The notes under the pieces are model-generated. The model ran no database searches, was not told the origin of the DNA, and was given only the letters and a program-made list of their open reading frames with translations. This document shows, piece by piece, positions 16,269 through 26,212 of a stretch of 64,000 bases of DNA. The translations under genes and the position numbers were made by a program. This DNA comes from Isoptericola halotolerans (lineage in GTDB: Bacteria > Actinomycetota > Actinomycetes > Actinomycetales > Cellulomonadaceae): assembly GCF_013149785.1 (NCBI RefSeq), contig NZ_JABEZU010000002.1, forward strand, positions 434,001-498,000, written 5' to 3'. Position 1 is the stretch's first letter. Each line of letters begins with the position of its first letter.

Positions 16269-18944
16269 GTGTCAGCGAGCGACGTGCCCCCAGCGAACGA
16301 GTCCGATGTCGAACAGGGACGGCCGGACGGGTCGGACCACGAGGCAGCGCCTGCACCGGTGCACTCCCGTCTGCGCCGCGCCGTCGTGGGCGTCGCGGTC
16401 GTGGTGGCGCTGGCGATCGTGGCGACCGCCACGTTCACCGTCGTCACCGTGCGCAAGCCGCTGCCGGAGGTCTCCGGGACGCAGAACGTCCCCGGTCTGT
16501 CCGGCGAGGTGACCGTGCACCGTGACGCGCAGGGGGTGCCGCAGGTGTACGCCTCGACGCCGGAGGACCTCTTCGCCGCGCAGGGCTACCTGCACGCCCA
16601 GGACCGCTTCTTCGAGATGGACTACCGCCGGCACGTCACGGCGGGCCGGCTCGCCGAGCTCGTCGGCGAGGTCCCCGCCGCGATCGACGCGGACATGGTC
16701 ATCCGCACCTTCGGCTGGCGCGACGTCGCCGAGGAGGAGTGGAACCTCATCACGCCGGAGTCCCGCGGCTACCTGCAGGCCTACGCCCAGGGCGTCAACG
16801 CCTACCTCGCCGACCGCAGCCCCGACCAGATCGCCCTCGAGTACACCGTGCTCGGCACCACCGTCGACGTGCCCGCCCCCGCACCCTGGGACCCCGTGGA
16901 CTCGCTCGCCTGGCTCAAGGCGATGGCCTGGGACCTGCGCGGCAACTACGACGACGAGCTCGACCGGGCGCTCGCCTACGGCACGCTGGACGACGTCGAT
17001 CTCGTGGACGAGCTGTTCCCCAGCTTCGCAGCCGGTGGGAACACCCCGATCCTCCAGGAGGAGGACCTCACCACGGCCGACGAGGCCGGGTCCGCCTCCC
17101 GGTCCGCGACGGACGTGGTGACGGACGTCGCCTGGGGCACCGAGGCGCTCGACGGTGCCGTGGCCTCCGCGGCCGCCGCGATCGAGGCCGTGCCCGTGCT
17201 CGTGGGCACCGGTGACGGCACCGGCTCCAACTCCTGGGTGGTCTCCGGCGACCTGACCGAGTCGGGTGCCCCGATCCTGGCCAACGACCCGCACCTCGCG
17301 CTCGACGTCCCGAACCTGTGGGCCCAGGTGGGGCTCCACTGCGACCAGGTGACCGTCGAGTGCCCCTTCGACGTCTCCGGCTTCTCGTTCGCCGGGTTCC
17401 CCGGGGTGATCATCGGGCACAACGCCGAGCTCGCCTGGGGGCTGACCAACATGGGCGCGGACGTCACCGACTTCTTCGTCGAGCGGGTCCGCGAGGACAC
17501 CTGGCTGCGGGACGCCGACGCCGAGGAGTGGGTGCCGATGGAGGTGCGCACCGAGACCATCCGCGTCGCGGGGGGCGACCCCGTCGAGCTGGAGGTGCGT
17601 TCGACCGACCACGGCCCCGTCGTGTCGTCCGTGCTCGACGTCGGCGACGTCGTCGGCTCACCGACCGAGGCCGGCACCGACTTCGGCGAGTACGCCGTCT
17701 CCCTGGCGTGGACCGCCCTCGAACCGGGCCGGACCGCGGACGCCATCTTCGCGATGAGCACCGCGGGCGACGCCGACGACGTCCAGGCCGCCGCCGAGCT
17801 GTTCGACGTGCCGGCGCAGAACATCGTGTTCGCGACCGCGGACGGTCACATCGGGTACCAGGCGCCCGGGCGGATCCCGGAGCGACGGCGGGTCGCGGGA
17901 CCGGTGCCCGCCGACGGCACCTGGCCACGGCCCGGCTGGGACCCCCGCTACGACTGGCAGGGCTGGGTCGACGCGGAGGAGATGCCGAGGGCTCTCGACC
18001 CCGACGAGGGGTTCATCGTGGCCGCCAACCAGGCGGTGCTGCCCGCCGGCGTGGGCCCCGCCCTCACCAAGGACTGGGACCACGGGTTCCGCTCGGAGCG
18101 CATCCGTGAGCTCCTCGCCGACCAGGTCGCTGCCGGGCGTCCGTTCTCCGTGGCCGACATGAACACCCTGCAGAACGACGACTGGTCACCGTTCGCCGCT
18201 GCCCTGGTGCCCGTGCTGCTCGACGTCCAGATCGACGACGCGTACGACGCGGCCGGTCAGGAGATCCTCGCCGGCTGGGACTACACGACGGGTACCGACT
18301 CGGCGGCTGCCGCGTACTTCAACGCCGTGTGGCGCAACCTGCTCGAGGCCACGTTCTGGGACGACGTGCCCGAGGGGATGCGACCGTCCGGGGGTTCGCG
18401 GTGGCTCGTGGTGGTGCGCGACATGCTCGACCGGCCCGACGACCCGTTCTGGGACGACCGCTCGACCGTGAACGTCGTCGAGACCCGGGACGAGGCCCTG
18501 ACCCAGGCCCTGGTCACCGCACGCCGCGACCTGACCGTCGAGCTGTCCAAGGAGCCGCAGGACTGGCGGTGGGGGGCGCTGCACACGCTGTCCCTGTCCC
18601 ACCCCGTGATCGGCGGTCCGGACGTGCCGGCCCTGGTGCGCGACTACGTCAACCCGCGTCCCGTGGAGATGCCGGGCGGCAGCTCCATCGTCAACGCGAC
18701 GGCGTGGGACGCCTCCACCGGCAGCTTCGCGGTGACCACCGGCCCGTCCATGCGCATGGTGGTCGACCTGGGTGACCTGGACGCCTCGACCTGGGTCACG
18801 GTGACCGGCACCTCGGGGCACCCCGCCTCGTCGCACTACACCGACCAGCTCTCGGCCTGGGCGGCCGGGGAGACGTTCGCCTGGCCGTTCAGCCGGGCCG
18901 CGGTCGAGGAGGCCGCGACGTCGACGGCGACGCTGGTGCCCTGA
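16269..18944 (+). CDS. penicillin acylase family (Ntn hydrolase), membrane-anchored
   Basis: 'AQGYLHAQDRFFEMD', nucleophile 'GSNSWVVSG', 'ILANDPHL', 'GPSMRMVVDL'; N-terminal TM. Confidence 0.92.
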   Translation: MSASDVPPANESDVEQGRPDGSDHEAAPAPVHSRLRRAVVGVAVVVALAIVATATFTVVTVRKPLPEVSGTQNVPGLSGEVTVHRDAQGVPQVYASTPEDLFAAQGYLHAQDRFFEMDYRRHVTAGRLAELVGEVPAAIDADMVIRTFGWRDVAEEEWNLITPESRGYLQAYAQGVNAYLADRSPDQIALEYTVLGTTVDVPAPAPWDPVDSLAWLKAMAWDLRGNYDDELDRALAYGTLDDVDLVDELFPSFAAGGNTPILQEEDLTTADEAGSASRSATDVVTDVAWGTEALDGAVASAAAAIEAVPVLVGTGDGTGSNSWVVSGDLTESGAPILANDPHLALDVPNLWAQVGLHCDQVTVECPFDVSGFSFAGFPGVIIGHNAELAWGLTNMGADVTDFFVERVREDTWLRDADAEEWVPMEVRTETIRVAGGDPVELEVRSTDHGPVVSSVLDVGDVVGSPTEAGTDFGEYAVSLAWTALEPGRTADAIFAMSTAGDADDVQAAAELFDVPAQNIVFATADGHIGYQAPGRIPERRRVAGPVPADGTWPRPGWDPRYDWQGWVDAEEMPRALDPDEGFIVAANQAVLPAGVGPALTKDWDHGFRSERIRELLADQVAAGRPFSVADMNTLQNDDWSPFAAALVPVLLDVQIDDAYDAAGQEILAGWDYTTGTDSAAAAYFNAVWRNLLEATFWDDVPEGMRPSGGSRWLVVVRDMLDRPDDPFWDDRSTVNVVETRDEALTQALVTARRDLTVELSKEPQDWRWGALHTLSLSHPVIGGPDVPALVRDYVNPRPVEMPGGSSIVNATAWDASTGSFAVTTGPSMRMVVDLGDLDASTWVTVTGTSGHPASSHYTDQLSAWAAGETFAWPFSRAAVEEAATSTATLVP

Positions 18945-18987
18945 CGGTCGGCTCGTCCCTCGGCGTCCGGCGCGCCGCTGCCCGCGG

Positions 18988-19644
18988 TCAGCGGGCGGGC
19001 AGCGGCAGCCACCCTCCCGGGGTGGCGACGGCCTGCACCGCCACGTCGTGCTCGAGGATCGGCAGCGGGCGCTCGTCCGCGTCGTAGAGCTCCTCGGGGA
19101 AGACCGTCGCGATGGACTGCACGCCGGGCCGCACCTGCTTGAGGACGCGGTCGTACCAGCCGCCGCCCTGACCGAGCCGGGTGCCGGCGGTGTCGACCGC
19201 CAGCGCCGGGGCGATCACGACGTCGGCCGCGCTGATCACCTCGGCGCCCAGGTTCGGGCCGCCCGGCTCGGGAGGACGGCCCGGGGCTCGCTCGAGCAGG
19301 TCGTCGGGGCCGGTGTAGTCGGCCCAGTCCCGGGCGAGGCCCGCGCCGAGCACCGGGAGCAGGATGCGGGCGCCCCGCGCGGCGAGCAGGTCGAGCAGCG
19401 GCAGCGTGCACGGTTCGGTGGGCCGGGCCGCGTAGGCGACCACGACGGCAGCCTCCTTGACGGCGGGGATCTCGGCGACGACGTCGGCGAGGGAGCGCGC
19501 CGCCTCGTCGCGCAGTCGCTGAGAACGCTCGGTGCGGTGGTGGCGGATCGCGCGCCGGAGCTCGTCCTTGGCGTCTTCGGGCTCCATGCCCGCGACGACC
19601 GGGTACGGCTGGCGGGCTGTCGAGGCCTTGAGGTCGCCGTGCAT
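18988..19644 (-). CDS. 5-formyltetrahydrofolate cyclo-ligase
   Basis: 'KDELRR', 'PALAVD..G.RLGQGGGWYDR', 'HDV.V'. Confidence 0.92.
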   Translation of the reverse strand: MHGDLKASTARQPYPVVAGMEPEDAKDELRRAIRHHRTERSQRLRDEAARSLADVVAEIPAVKEAAVVVAYAARPTEPCTLPLLDLLAARGARILLPVLGAGLARDWADYTGPDDLLERAPGRPPEPGGPNLGAEVISAADVVIAPALAVDTAGTRLGQGGGWYDRVLKQVRPGVQSIATVFPEELYDADERPLPILEHDVAVQAVATPGGWLPLPAR

Positions 19645-19709
19645 GTCCTTATTGTGGCAGGGTCCGGGGCACGGGGGACCCGGCGCGCCGGGTGGACGAG
19701 GGAACCGGG

Positions 19710-20345
19710 ATGAACGATGCGAAGAGGTGGGCGGTGACCAGGCCGTGGCCGGTCACCCTGCGGGAGGACACCCCGTCGGGCGCCGTCGTGCTGCGCCCGC
19801 TGCGGCGCCGGGACGGCGGGGAGTGGATGCGGCTGCGCCGGCTCAACGCGTCCTGGCTGGAGACCTGGGAGGCGACGACGCCGGGGGTGCAGCCCGAGGC
19901 CACGACGTTCGCCGACTACGTGCGCGCGCTCAGCGCCCAGGCGCGGGCCGGTACGGGCCTGCCGTTCGTGGTCGAGCTCGACGGTGCGCTCGTCGGGCAG
20001 CTCACCGTGTCGTCCATCCAGTACGGGTCGCTGTGCTCCGGCAGCATCGGCTACTGGGTGGCGCGCGAGCACGCCGGCCGCGGCATCATCCCGACGGCCG
20101 TCGCGATGGCCACCGACTACTGCTTCCTCGTGCTCGGGCTGCACCGCATCGAGATCAACATCCGGCCCGAGAACACAGCGAGCCTGCGGGTCGTGGCCAA
20201 GCTCGGCTTCCGCGACGAGGGGTTGCGGGAGCGCTACCTGCACATCCAGGGCGCCTGGCGCGACCACCGCACGTTCGCGCTGACCTCTGAGGAGGTGCCC
20301 TCCGGGCTGCTGGCCCGGTGGCAGCAGGTCCGCGACGAGGCCTGA
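19710..20345 (+). CDS. rimJ: RimJ/RimL-family GNAT N-acetyltransferase
   Basis: 'IGYWV..EHAGRG', 'LHRIEINIRPENTASLRVV.KLGFR.EG', 'WRDH'. Confidence 0.88.
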   Translation: MNDAKRWAVTRPWPVTLREDTPSGAVVLRPLRRRDGGEWMRLRRLNASWLETWEATTPGVQPEATTFADYVRALSAQARAGTGLPFVVELDGALVGQLTVSSIQYGSLCSGSIGYWVAREHAGRGIIPTAVAMATDYCFLVLGLHRIEINIRPENTASLRVVAKLGFRDEGLRERYLHIQGAWRDHRTFALTSEEVPSGLLARWQQVRDEA

Positions 20346-20439
20346 CACTCCCTGATCGTGCCCGACGACGGCGGTCAGGTCGCGGACACGCCGCCCTGCG
20401 GTGCGGCACGGGTCGCCCCGCCTCGCCTACCGTCGTCGT

Positions 20440-21534
20440 GTGGAGACGTCGCCCGCAGGACTCGCAGCCCTCGCGCTGTTCGTGCTGTGGCTGGGCTACT
20501 GGGTCCCCCAGCGCGTGCGTCACCGACAGCAGCTCGCCGACGCGCAGCTCGACGACCGGTTCTCCGGTGGGTTGCGGGTGCTCGCCGTGGCGGACGGCGG
20601 TTCGGACCGAGCAAGGGCTGGTGGACGACGGAAGGAGGGCGCGATGCGACAGAGCGACAGGGCGTCGGCGGTGACCGGCAGCGTCCCGCCCACCGGAGCG
20701 CGCGCGGCCGGACCGCCGTCGGGCGCCACGCCGCGCGTGCGGACCCAGCGGCTCGCCGTGCTGGAGCGTCGCGCGGCCCGGGCGCGCCGCAGGTTCCTGG
20801 TGACCCTCGGCCTGGTGCTGGTCACGGCCGGCGCGTGGGCCGCCGTCGGGCTCGGGTACCTCGTGTGGTGGGGGGCGATGGTCCCCACGGCGCTGCTGGC
20901 GGCCGTGCTGCTCCTGGGACGGTTCGCGGTGCTCGCGGCCCGCCGCTCGGACGCGCGGTGGCGTGCGGAACGACGGGCCGAGCAGCAGCGGGCGACGCAG
21001 GAGCGGACGCTCGCGCACGGCGGGCCGTACGCACCCCGCAACCGGGCTCGCATCACGGGCCGCGCGGTGCACCCCTCGGACACGAGCACCGGGATGATCC
21101 CGCGGGTCCGGCCGGCGACTGCCGGGCAGGCGGAGCCCGCCGAGCGGGGGGCGACGCACCGTGAGGCCGAGACCTCCGTGCCGGCGGGCGACACCCGGAC
21201 CGGCGACGCCGACGACACGGAGCCTGTCCGAGAGGCGCCCGGCGACCCGCGGCCGTCCACGGAGCCCTGGGAGCCCGTGCCGGTGCCGCTGCCGACGTAC
21301 GTGACCAAGCCGGCAGCACCGCGTCGCGAGCAGGCCACGACCGTCCCGACGCACGAGACGCGTGCCGCGCCTCCCGGTGCGGTGCCCACGGCGGAGGCGC
21401 CGTCCACGGGTGAGCGCCCTGGTCCGGACGAGCGGCACGAGGGGGGGCGCGAGCTGGAGGAGCCTCGCCCCCGCACGGAGACGCTCGGGCTCCCGCTGGA
21501 GCAGATCCTCGCTCGCCGCCGGGCCGCAGGCTGA
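20440..21534 (+). CDS. membrane protein, GlpR/SepX-like (Rv0996-like)
   Basis: N-terminal TM, 'DRFS..LRVL', 'RRAARARRR' then two TMs, 'WEPVPVPLPTYVTKP', terminal 'RRRAAG'; lies between rimJ and tRNA-Ala. Confidence 0.7.
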   Translation: METSPAGLAALALFVLWLGYWVPQRVRHRQQLADAQLDDRFSGGLRVLAVADGGSDRARAGGRRKEGAMRQSDRASAVTGSVPPTGARAAGPPSGATPRVRTQRLAVLERRAARARRRFLVTLGLVLVTAGAWAAVGLGYLVWWGAMVPTALLAAVLLLGRFAVLAARRSDARWRAERRAEQQRATQERTLAHGGPYAPRNRARITGRAVHPSDTSTGMIPRVRPATAGQAEPAERGATHREAETSVPAGDTRTGDADDTEPVREAPGDPRPSTEPWEPVPVPLPTYVTKPAAPRREQATTVPTHETRAAPPGAVPTAEAPSTGERPGPDERHEGGRELEEPRPRTETLGLPLEQILARRRAAG

Positions 21535-21628
21535 CCTTCCAGGTCGGTGCGGTGTACGTCACCCTGCCGACCAGCGGCCCGATTTGGTCGGCAGCGGTAG
21601 CAGGGTGCTAATCTGGCTACCGCTCCAC

Positions 21629-21701
21629 GGGGCTATGGCGCAGTTGGTAGCGCGTCTCGTTCGCAATGAGAAGGTCGGGGGTTCGAATCCCCCTAGCTCC
21701 A
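21629..21701 (+). tRNA. tRNA-Ala (anticodon CGC)
   Basis: GGGGCTA acceptor / TAGCTCC-A; anticodon loop TTCGCAA; GGTTCGAATCC T-loop; CCA not encoded. Confidence 0.97.
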
Positions 21702-21708
21702 CCCCGAC

Positions 21709-21758
21709 GGAAACCCCGTCCGACCAAGGTGTCAACCTGACGGTCGGGCGGGGTTTCC
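21709..21758 (+). terminator. hairpin after tRNA-Ala
   Basis: ggaaaccccgtccgacc / ggtcgggcggggtttcc. Confidence 0.7.
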
Positions 21759-21809
21759 TGTCTCTCGGACGCGGTGCGGGCGTGGGCCGCCAGCAGGAGA
21801 GGGGTCGTC

Positions 21810-22562
21810 ATGGCGTGGAGCACGCGTGAGCTCGCCGAGCTGGCAGGCACGACGGTCAGGTCGGTCCGGCTCTACCACGAGCGAGGACTGCTCGAGGAAC
21901 CCGACCGACGGCCCAACGGGTACAAGCAGTACGAGGTGCGCCATCTTCTCAGCCTGCTGCGGATCCGGCGGCTCTCGGAGCTCGGTGTCCCGCTCTCGAA
22001 GATCGACGTGGTGCGCGAGGGGGACAGCAGCTCACCGGAGACGCTGCGCGCGCTCGACGCAGAGCTCGCGGCGAGCATCGAGCGCCAGGTCAAGGCCCGG
22101 TCGGCCATCGCGGCCATCCTGAGCGACGGCGGCCCGGTCGACGTGCCCGAGGGGTTCGAGGCCGTCGCGTCCCGGCTGTCCTCCGCCGACAGCTCGCTGG
22201 TTCACCTCTACGGCCGGCTCTACACCCAGGAGGCGATGTCGGATCTCCGGAGGATGGTCGAGAGCGACGGGTCCACGCTCGTCGGCGACGAGCTCGACGC
22301 GCTGCCTCCGGACGCGGACGACGGGACGCGTCAACGCCTCGCCGATCAGCTCACGCCGGAGATCGCGCGTCACCTGGCGAGCCATCCCTGGCTGACCAGC
22401 CCCGGAGCGCGTCTCTCGACGAGCGAGGGGGCCGCTCGCGAGATGTTCGCCGACGCCGTCGTCGAGCTCTACAACCCGGCCCAGCTGGACGTGCTGCAGC
22501 GTGCCAGTCGCGCCGCGCACGAGACGTTGGGTCTGGACCCCGGGTCCACCCCGTCGAGCTGA
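21810..22562 (+). CDS. MerR-family transcriptional regulator
   Basis: MAWSTRELAELAGTTVRSVRLYHERGLL.EP.R..NGYKQY; AGGAGAGG RBS. Confidence 0.92.
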   Translation: MAWSTRELAELAGTTVRSVRLYHERGLLEEPDRRPNGYKQYEVRHLLSLLRIRRLSELGVPLSKIDVVREGDSSSPETLRALDAELAASIERQVKARSAIAAILSDGGPVDVPEGFEAVASRLSSADSSLVHLYGRLYTQEAMSDLRRMVESDGSTLVGDELDALPPDADDGTRQRLADQLTPEIARHLASHPWLTSPGARLSTSEGAAREMFADAVVELYNPAQLDVLQRASRAAHETLGLDPGSTPSS

Positions 22563-22568
22563 CGAGGC

Positions 22569-23300
22569 TCAGGCGGCGGGGCCGGCCGCCCCGGTGAGCA
22601 GCACGAGCAGCGGCAGTCCGAGGTTGTTGACGGCGTGGACGATCACGGCCGGCCAGATGGACCCGCTGCGACGCATGGCCTCGGCAGCGATGATGCCCAC
22701 GACCAGCGCCGAGGGCAGTGCCATGTTGATGCCGTGGACGAGGGCGAAGAAGACCGAGCTGGACACGACGCCGATGACCGGACCGTAGCGCAGCAGGGCG
22801 TTGGTGACGACGCCGCGGAAGAAGAGCTCCTCGCCGATCGGAGTCAGGACCGAGAGGAAGACGAAGGTCAGGATCAGAGGCAGCAACCCGCCGCCGGCAG
22901 CGTCGTAGTAGTCACCCTGCGGGTCGGAGCTGAAACCGGTCACCGCGATGATGCCTGCGTTGAGGAACCCCTTGAGCAGGAACGCGACGATGCCCGCGAC
23001 CACGCCGACGCCCACCCAGCGCCAGGTGGTACGGCGCACGCTGAAGGCGCTCCAGGACCGGAGACGGATCAGCGCGGCGACGGCGAAGCCGACGAGGCCG
23101 GCGACTCCCGACCACGCGGTCAGGACGAGCCCGTGCGCCACGGGGTCCCCGTCCAGTCCGACAAGATCGAACAGCGGGAGCGCCATCAGGGCGACGAGCG
23201 CCCCGAGCGTGCCGGCGATGATCTCCGGCCATCCCGGTCGAGCGGGGGGCGCGACACGGGTCGGGTGCTGGTTGGTGCGGTCGTCACGGCTGGTCGTCAT
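22569..23300 (-). CDS. CPBP (CAAX/Abi) intramembrane metalloprotease
   Basis: EELFFRG, FALVH, HAVNN motifs; AAGGAG RBS. Confidence 0.9.
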   Translation of the reverse strand: MTTSRDDRTNQHPTRVAPPARPGWPEIIAGTLGALVALMALPLFDLVGLDGDPVAHGLVLTAWSGVAGLVGFAVAALIRLRSWSAFSVRRTTWRWVGVGVVAGIVAFLLKGFLNAGIIAVTGFSSDPQGDYYDAAGGGLLPLILTFVFLSVLTPIGEELFFRGVVTNALLRYGPVIGVVSSSVFFALVHGINMALPSALVVGIIAAEAMRRSGSIWPAVIVHAVNNLGLPLLVLLTGAAGPAA

Positions 23301-23344
23301 GGCGTCGAGCTCCTTGCACTGGTCGTCAGCGGCGTCGGGCGACC

Positions 23345-23375
23345 AGTGGAAACGATGCCCCTGGGGCAAGGTCAA
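23345..23375 (-). promoter_or_regulatory. MerR-type promoter/operator of the CPBP gene
   Basis: Minus strand TTGACC, 19-nt spacer containing the dyad TGCCCC-A-GGGGCA (23356-23368), then TCCACT. Confidence 0.5.
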
Positions 23376-23392
23376 GGAGCCGGGGTGCGGCG

Positions 23393-24313
23393 TCAGTCGA
23401 CGGTGAGGACGACTTTGCCGTGCGGCCGCTCCGCCTCGGGGGCGAAGGCGTCCGGCAGCTCCTGCCACGACCGCACGGCTCCGACGACGGGGTCGAGACG
23501 CCCGTGGTGGATCTCGGCCGCGAGCCATCCCATGTCGGGGCCGAGGTCGGGCTCGGCCCCGAGGAAGAACGTCGACAGGGACCGGTCGTGCCGGCCGGCG
23601 TCACCGAACAGGTTCCCGTAGCTGAAGTGCTCGGCCTCCCCGGCGGCGTGCCCCAGGGCGACGAGCGTGCCGCCCGGCGCCAGCCGCTCGAACGCCTGGA
23701 CCAGGTGGGAGCCGCCGAGCAGGTCCAGCACGCCGGTCACGTCGTCGTCCAGGTCGGACGGCGAGCCGACCACCTCGCGCGCGCCCAGCCCGACCAGGCG
23801 ATCTCGCGCGGCAGGGTTCCTCGTGGTGGCGACGACGTCGGCACCCGCGCGGGCGGCGAGCTGCACGGCGAACAGCCCGACCGCGCTGGTCCCGCCCAGG
23901 ACCAGGACGCGGCGGCCGAGGACCGGGCCGAGGCGGCGAAGACCGCGCAGCGCGCTGGTGGCGGCGACGGGCACGACACTCATGGCGTTCGGGTCGGCGC
24001 CGCTGGGGGCGATCCCGACAGACTCGGCCGTCACCAGCCGTCGCTGCGCCCACGCGCCGCCGGTCCCCAGGGACGCCACGGTCTGGCCGAGGCGAGGCCC
24101 GGTGCCGTCGGCCGCCTCGGCCACGACGACGCCCGCGGCGTCCCAGCCGGGGATCGTGCCGGCCGGCAGGCTCGGCAGCGTCTCGAGGTCGCCGTGGTTC
24201 GGCGCGAAGGCCTGCACCTGGATGACGGCGTCGTGCGGCCCGGGTTCCGCGTCGTGCACCTCGCGCAGGCTGAGGTGGCCGGGTGACGAGTGGTCGACTG
24301 TCCATGCGAGCAT
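23393..24313 (-). CDS. MDR-family (quinone-reductase-like) oxidoreductase
   Basis: 'PGWDAAGVV', 'VLVLGGTSAVG.FAVQLA', C-terminal 'GKVVLTV'. Confidence 0.88.
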   Translation of the reverse strand: MLAWTVDHSSPGHLSLREVHDAEPGPHDAVIQVQAFAPNHGDLETLPSLPAGTIPGWDAAGVVVAEAADGTGPRLGQTVASLGTGGAWAQRRLVTAESVGIAPSGADPNAMSVVPVAATSALRGLRRLGPVLGRRVLVLGGTSAVGLFAVQLAARAGADVVATTRNPAARDRLVGLGAREVVGSPSDLDDDVTGVLDLLGGSHLVQAFERLAPGGTLVALGHAAGEAEHFSYGNLFGDAGRHDRSLSTFFLGAEPDLGPDMGWLAAEIHHGRLDPVVGAVRSWQELPDAFAPEAERPHGKVVLTVD

Positions 24314-24365
24314 GCTGCCACCGTATGCCAAGTGCCACTGAGTGCCAACTTGCTACCATGACCCC

Positions 24366-25004
24366 ATGACGACACCGCCCGCGACCGGCACTCTCCGCAG
24401 CAGGCGCATCGCGCGTAGTCGGCAGCGCCTTCTCGAGGTCGCGCTGCCGGCGTTCGCCGAACGCGGGTACGACGCGGTGACCGTCGACTGGTTGTGCGAG
24501 CAGGCCGAGGTGTCCAAGCGGAGCTTCTTCCGGTACTTCGAGGGCAAGGAAGACCTCGCACTGACCCCGCTGAACGATGTCTGGCGGACCCTGATCGATG
24601 ACCTCGACGCCGTGCTCGCCCGGAGCGGGCCGTTGCTGGAGGTCGTGGGTGACGCGCTCGTCGAGGTGGTCGACCGCATGCCGGCCGGGTGGGAGCGCCT
24701 CGCCGTCCTGAGCGCACGCCTGAGCGGTACCAACCCGGCGATCGACGCAGCGGGGATGGTCGTGTGCGAACGCTTCACGCAGCGCGTGGTCGATGCGATA
24801 GCAGCACGGCTCGCCACCGTGCCCGGCGCGGACGTCTCTGCGCGCGTCGTGTGCGCCGTCGCCGTCGCAAGTCACCGGGCCGCCGTCGACACCTGGCAGT
24901 CGGCGCCCGACGCCGAGGTGCTCGCCACCCGCGCCGAGCTGTGCGCCTTGCTGCGGGAGTCGTTCGCGGCCGCCCCGGCGGCGCTGGAGGCCCGGCTTCC
25001 GTGA
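24366..25004 (+). CDS. TetR-family regulator
   Basis: 'FAERGYDAVTVD.LCEQAEVSKRSFFRYFEGKEDL'; divergent from the oxidoreductase. Confidence 0.9.
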   Translation: MTTPPATGTLRSRRIARSRQRLLEVALPAFAERGYDAVTVDWLCEQAEVSKRSFFRYFEGKEDLALTPLNDVWRTLIDDLDAVLARSGPLLEVVGDALVEVVDRMPAGWERLAVLSARLSGTNPAIDAAGMVVCERFTQRVVDAIAARLATVPGADVSARVVCAVAVASHRAAVDTWQSAPDAEVLATRAELCALLRESFAAAPAALEARLP

Positions 25005-25196
25005 CGAGCGCGCGGTGCCACATGGTTGACGCCCTGCCGGGCCCGACTTAGGGGGATGAGCCCGGCAGGGCGTCTGATCGCCACGCTAGACACGGAGCGT
25101 CAGCGCCCCGTCGGGAACGCCTCAGGGATTGCTCAAGATCGGCGCAGCACGACGGTGCCCCCTGGAGCGGGCACCGGCACCACCGCTGCCCGCGAC

Positions 25197-26024
25197 CTAC
25201 TCCGGTTCGCGGTGCGACCAGTTCACGTCGCGGGGGTCCAGGAACGCCGCGACGGTCGTGGCCAGCACGAAGGAGCTGATGACGGCCGCCAGCATCAGTC
25301 CGCTCTCGTTGCTGGTGCTCAGGCGCTCTCCCAGGACGCTCTGCGCGACCACCTGGAACGCCACGTGGAAGCCGATCGGTGTCCAGAGGCTGCCGGTCTG
25401 GATGCGCAGCAGGCCGAGCACCACCCCCACGGCGAAGAACATGACGCCCCGCTCGGCCAGGACGCCCCACCCCTCGGTGGCGACCCACAGCCCGGTACCG
25501 AAGACGCTGAACAGGACCGCCTGGACGATCGCCGCGACCCAGGGTGGCATCGCGGTGGTCAGGTTGCGCTGGAGGTGCCCGCGGAAGATCAGCTCCTCCG
25601 GCAGCGCCTCGAAGAAGAACACCAGGACGACCCGCAGCGCCGCCCACCCGACGATCGTCGCCCACGGCACCTGGGGCTGCAGGTCCACCCAACCCGTCAG
25701 GAGTGCCACGCCGAGCCCGAGCGCGGACGGCAGGGCGAACGCCGCGACACCGACGAGGAACGGCCGGCCCGCCCGCCGCCACGGGTCGAGCCCGAGACCG
25801 CCGAAGGGTCGCCGGTCCAGGTGGCGGCGGGCCAGGACGACCATCGGCACGGCCAGGCCACTGATGAGAGCGGCGTTCAGGAACCGCACCGGGATGGTCA
25901 GGTCGTCGGCGAAGAGGGCGTCGTTGATCCAGCCCATCGCCGCCCAGATGGCCGTCGCGCCGACGAGGACCGCGAGGAGCCGCACCACCAGGGGAGCACC
26001 GCGCGCGGTCGTGGTGGTGGTCAT
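25197..26024 (-). CDS. CPBP-family intramembrane metalloprotease
   Basis: EELIFRG, 'TGSLWTPIGFH', multiple TMs; GAGAGG RBS. Confidence 0.82.
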   Translation of the reverse strand: MTTTTTARGAPLVVRLLAVLVGATAIWAAMGWINDALFADDLTIPVRFLNAALISGLAVPMVVLARRHLDRRPFGGLGLDPWRRAGRPFLVGVAAFALPSALGLGVALLTGWVDLQPQVPWATIVGWAALRVVLVFFFEALPEELIFRGHLQRNLTTAMPPWVAAIVQAVLFSVFGTGLWVATEGWGVLAERGVMFFAVGVVLGLLRIQTGSLWTPIGFHVAFQVVAQSVLGERLSTSNESGLMLAAVISSFVLATTVAAFLDPRDVNWSHREPE

Positions 26025-26212
26025 CGGCTGCCTCTCGAGGATCGGTCGGGACGGATCCCACGCTAGGTGGCACGGTCAGACGGCCGGCAGTGCCGGAAGT
26101 CACGCCCGGTGGCGTGACCAGCGGGTGAACGATCGTGAACGCCGGTCGAACCTTGCGAGGACTTCCCGGTGGTCTCGACATCTCGCGGCGGCTTCGCGTC
26201 ATCCTGGGCCGC

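Noticed and set aside
26099..26118. GTCACGCC-N4-GGCGTGAC dyad upstream of the GGDEF gene as a BldD box
   Set aside because: The TCAC-GTGA spacing is 10 nt rather than 7, and an 8-bp GC-rich dyad can arise by chance
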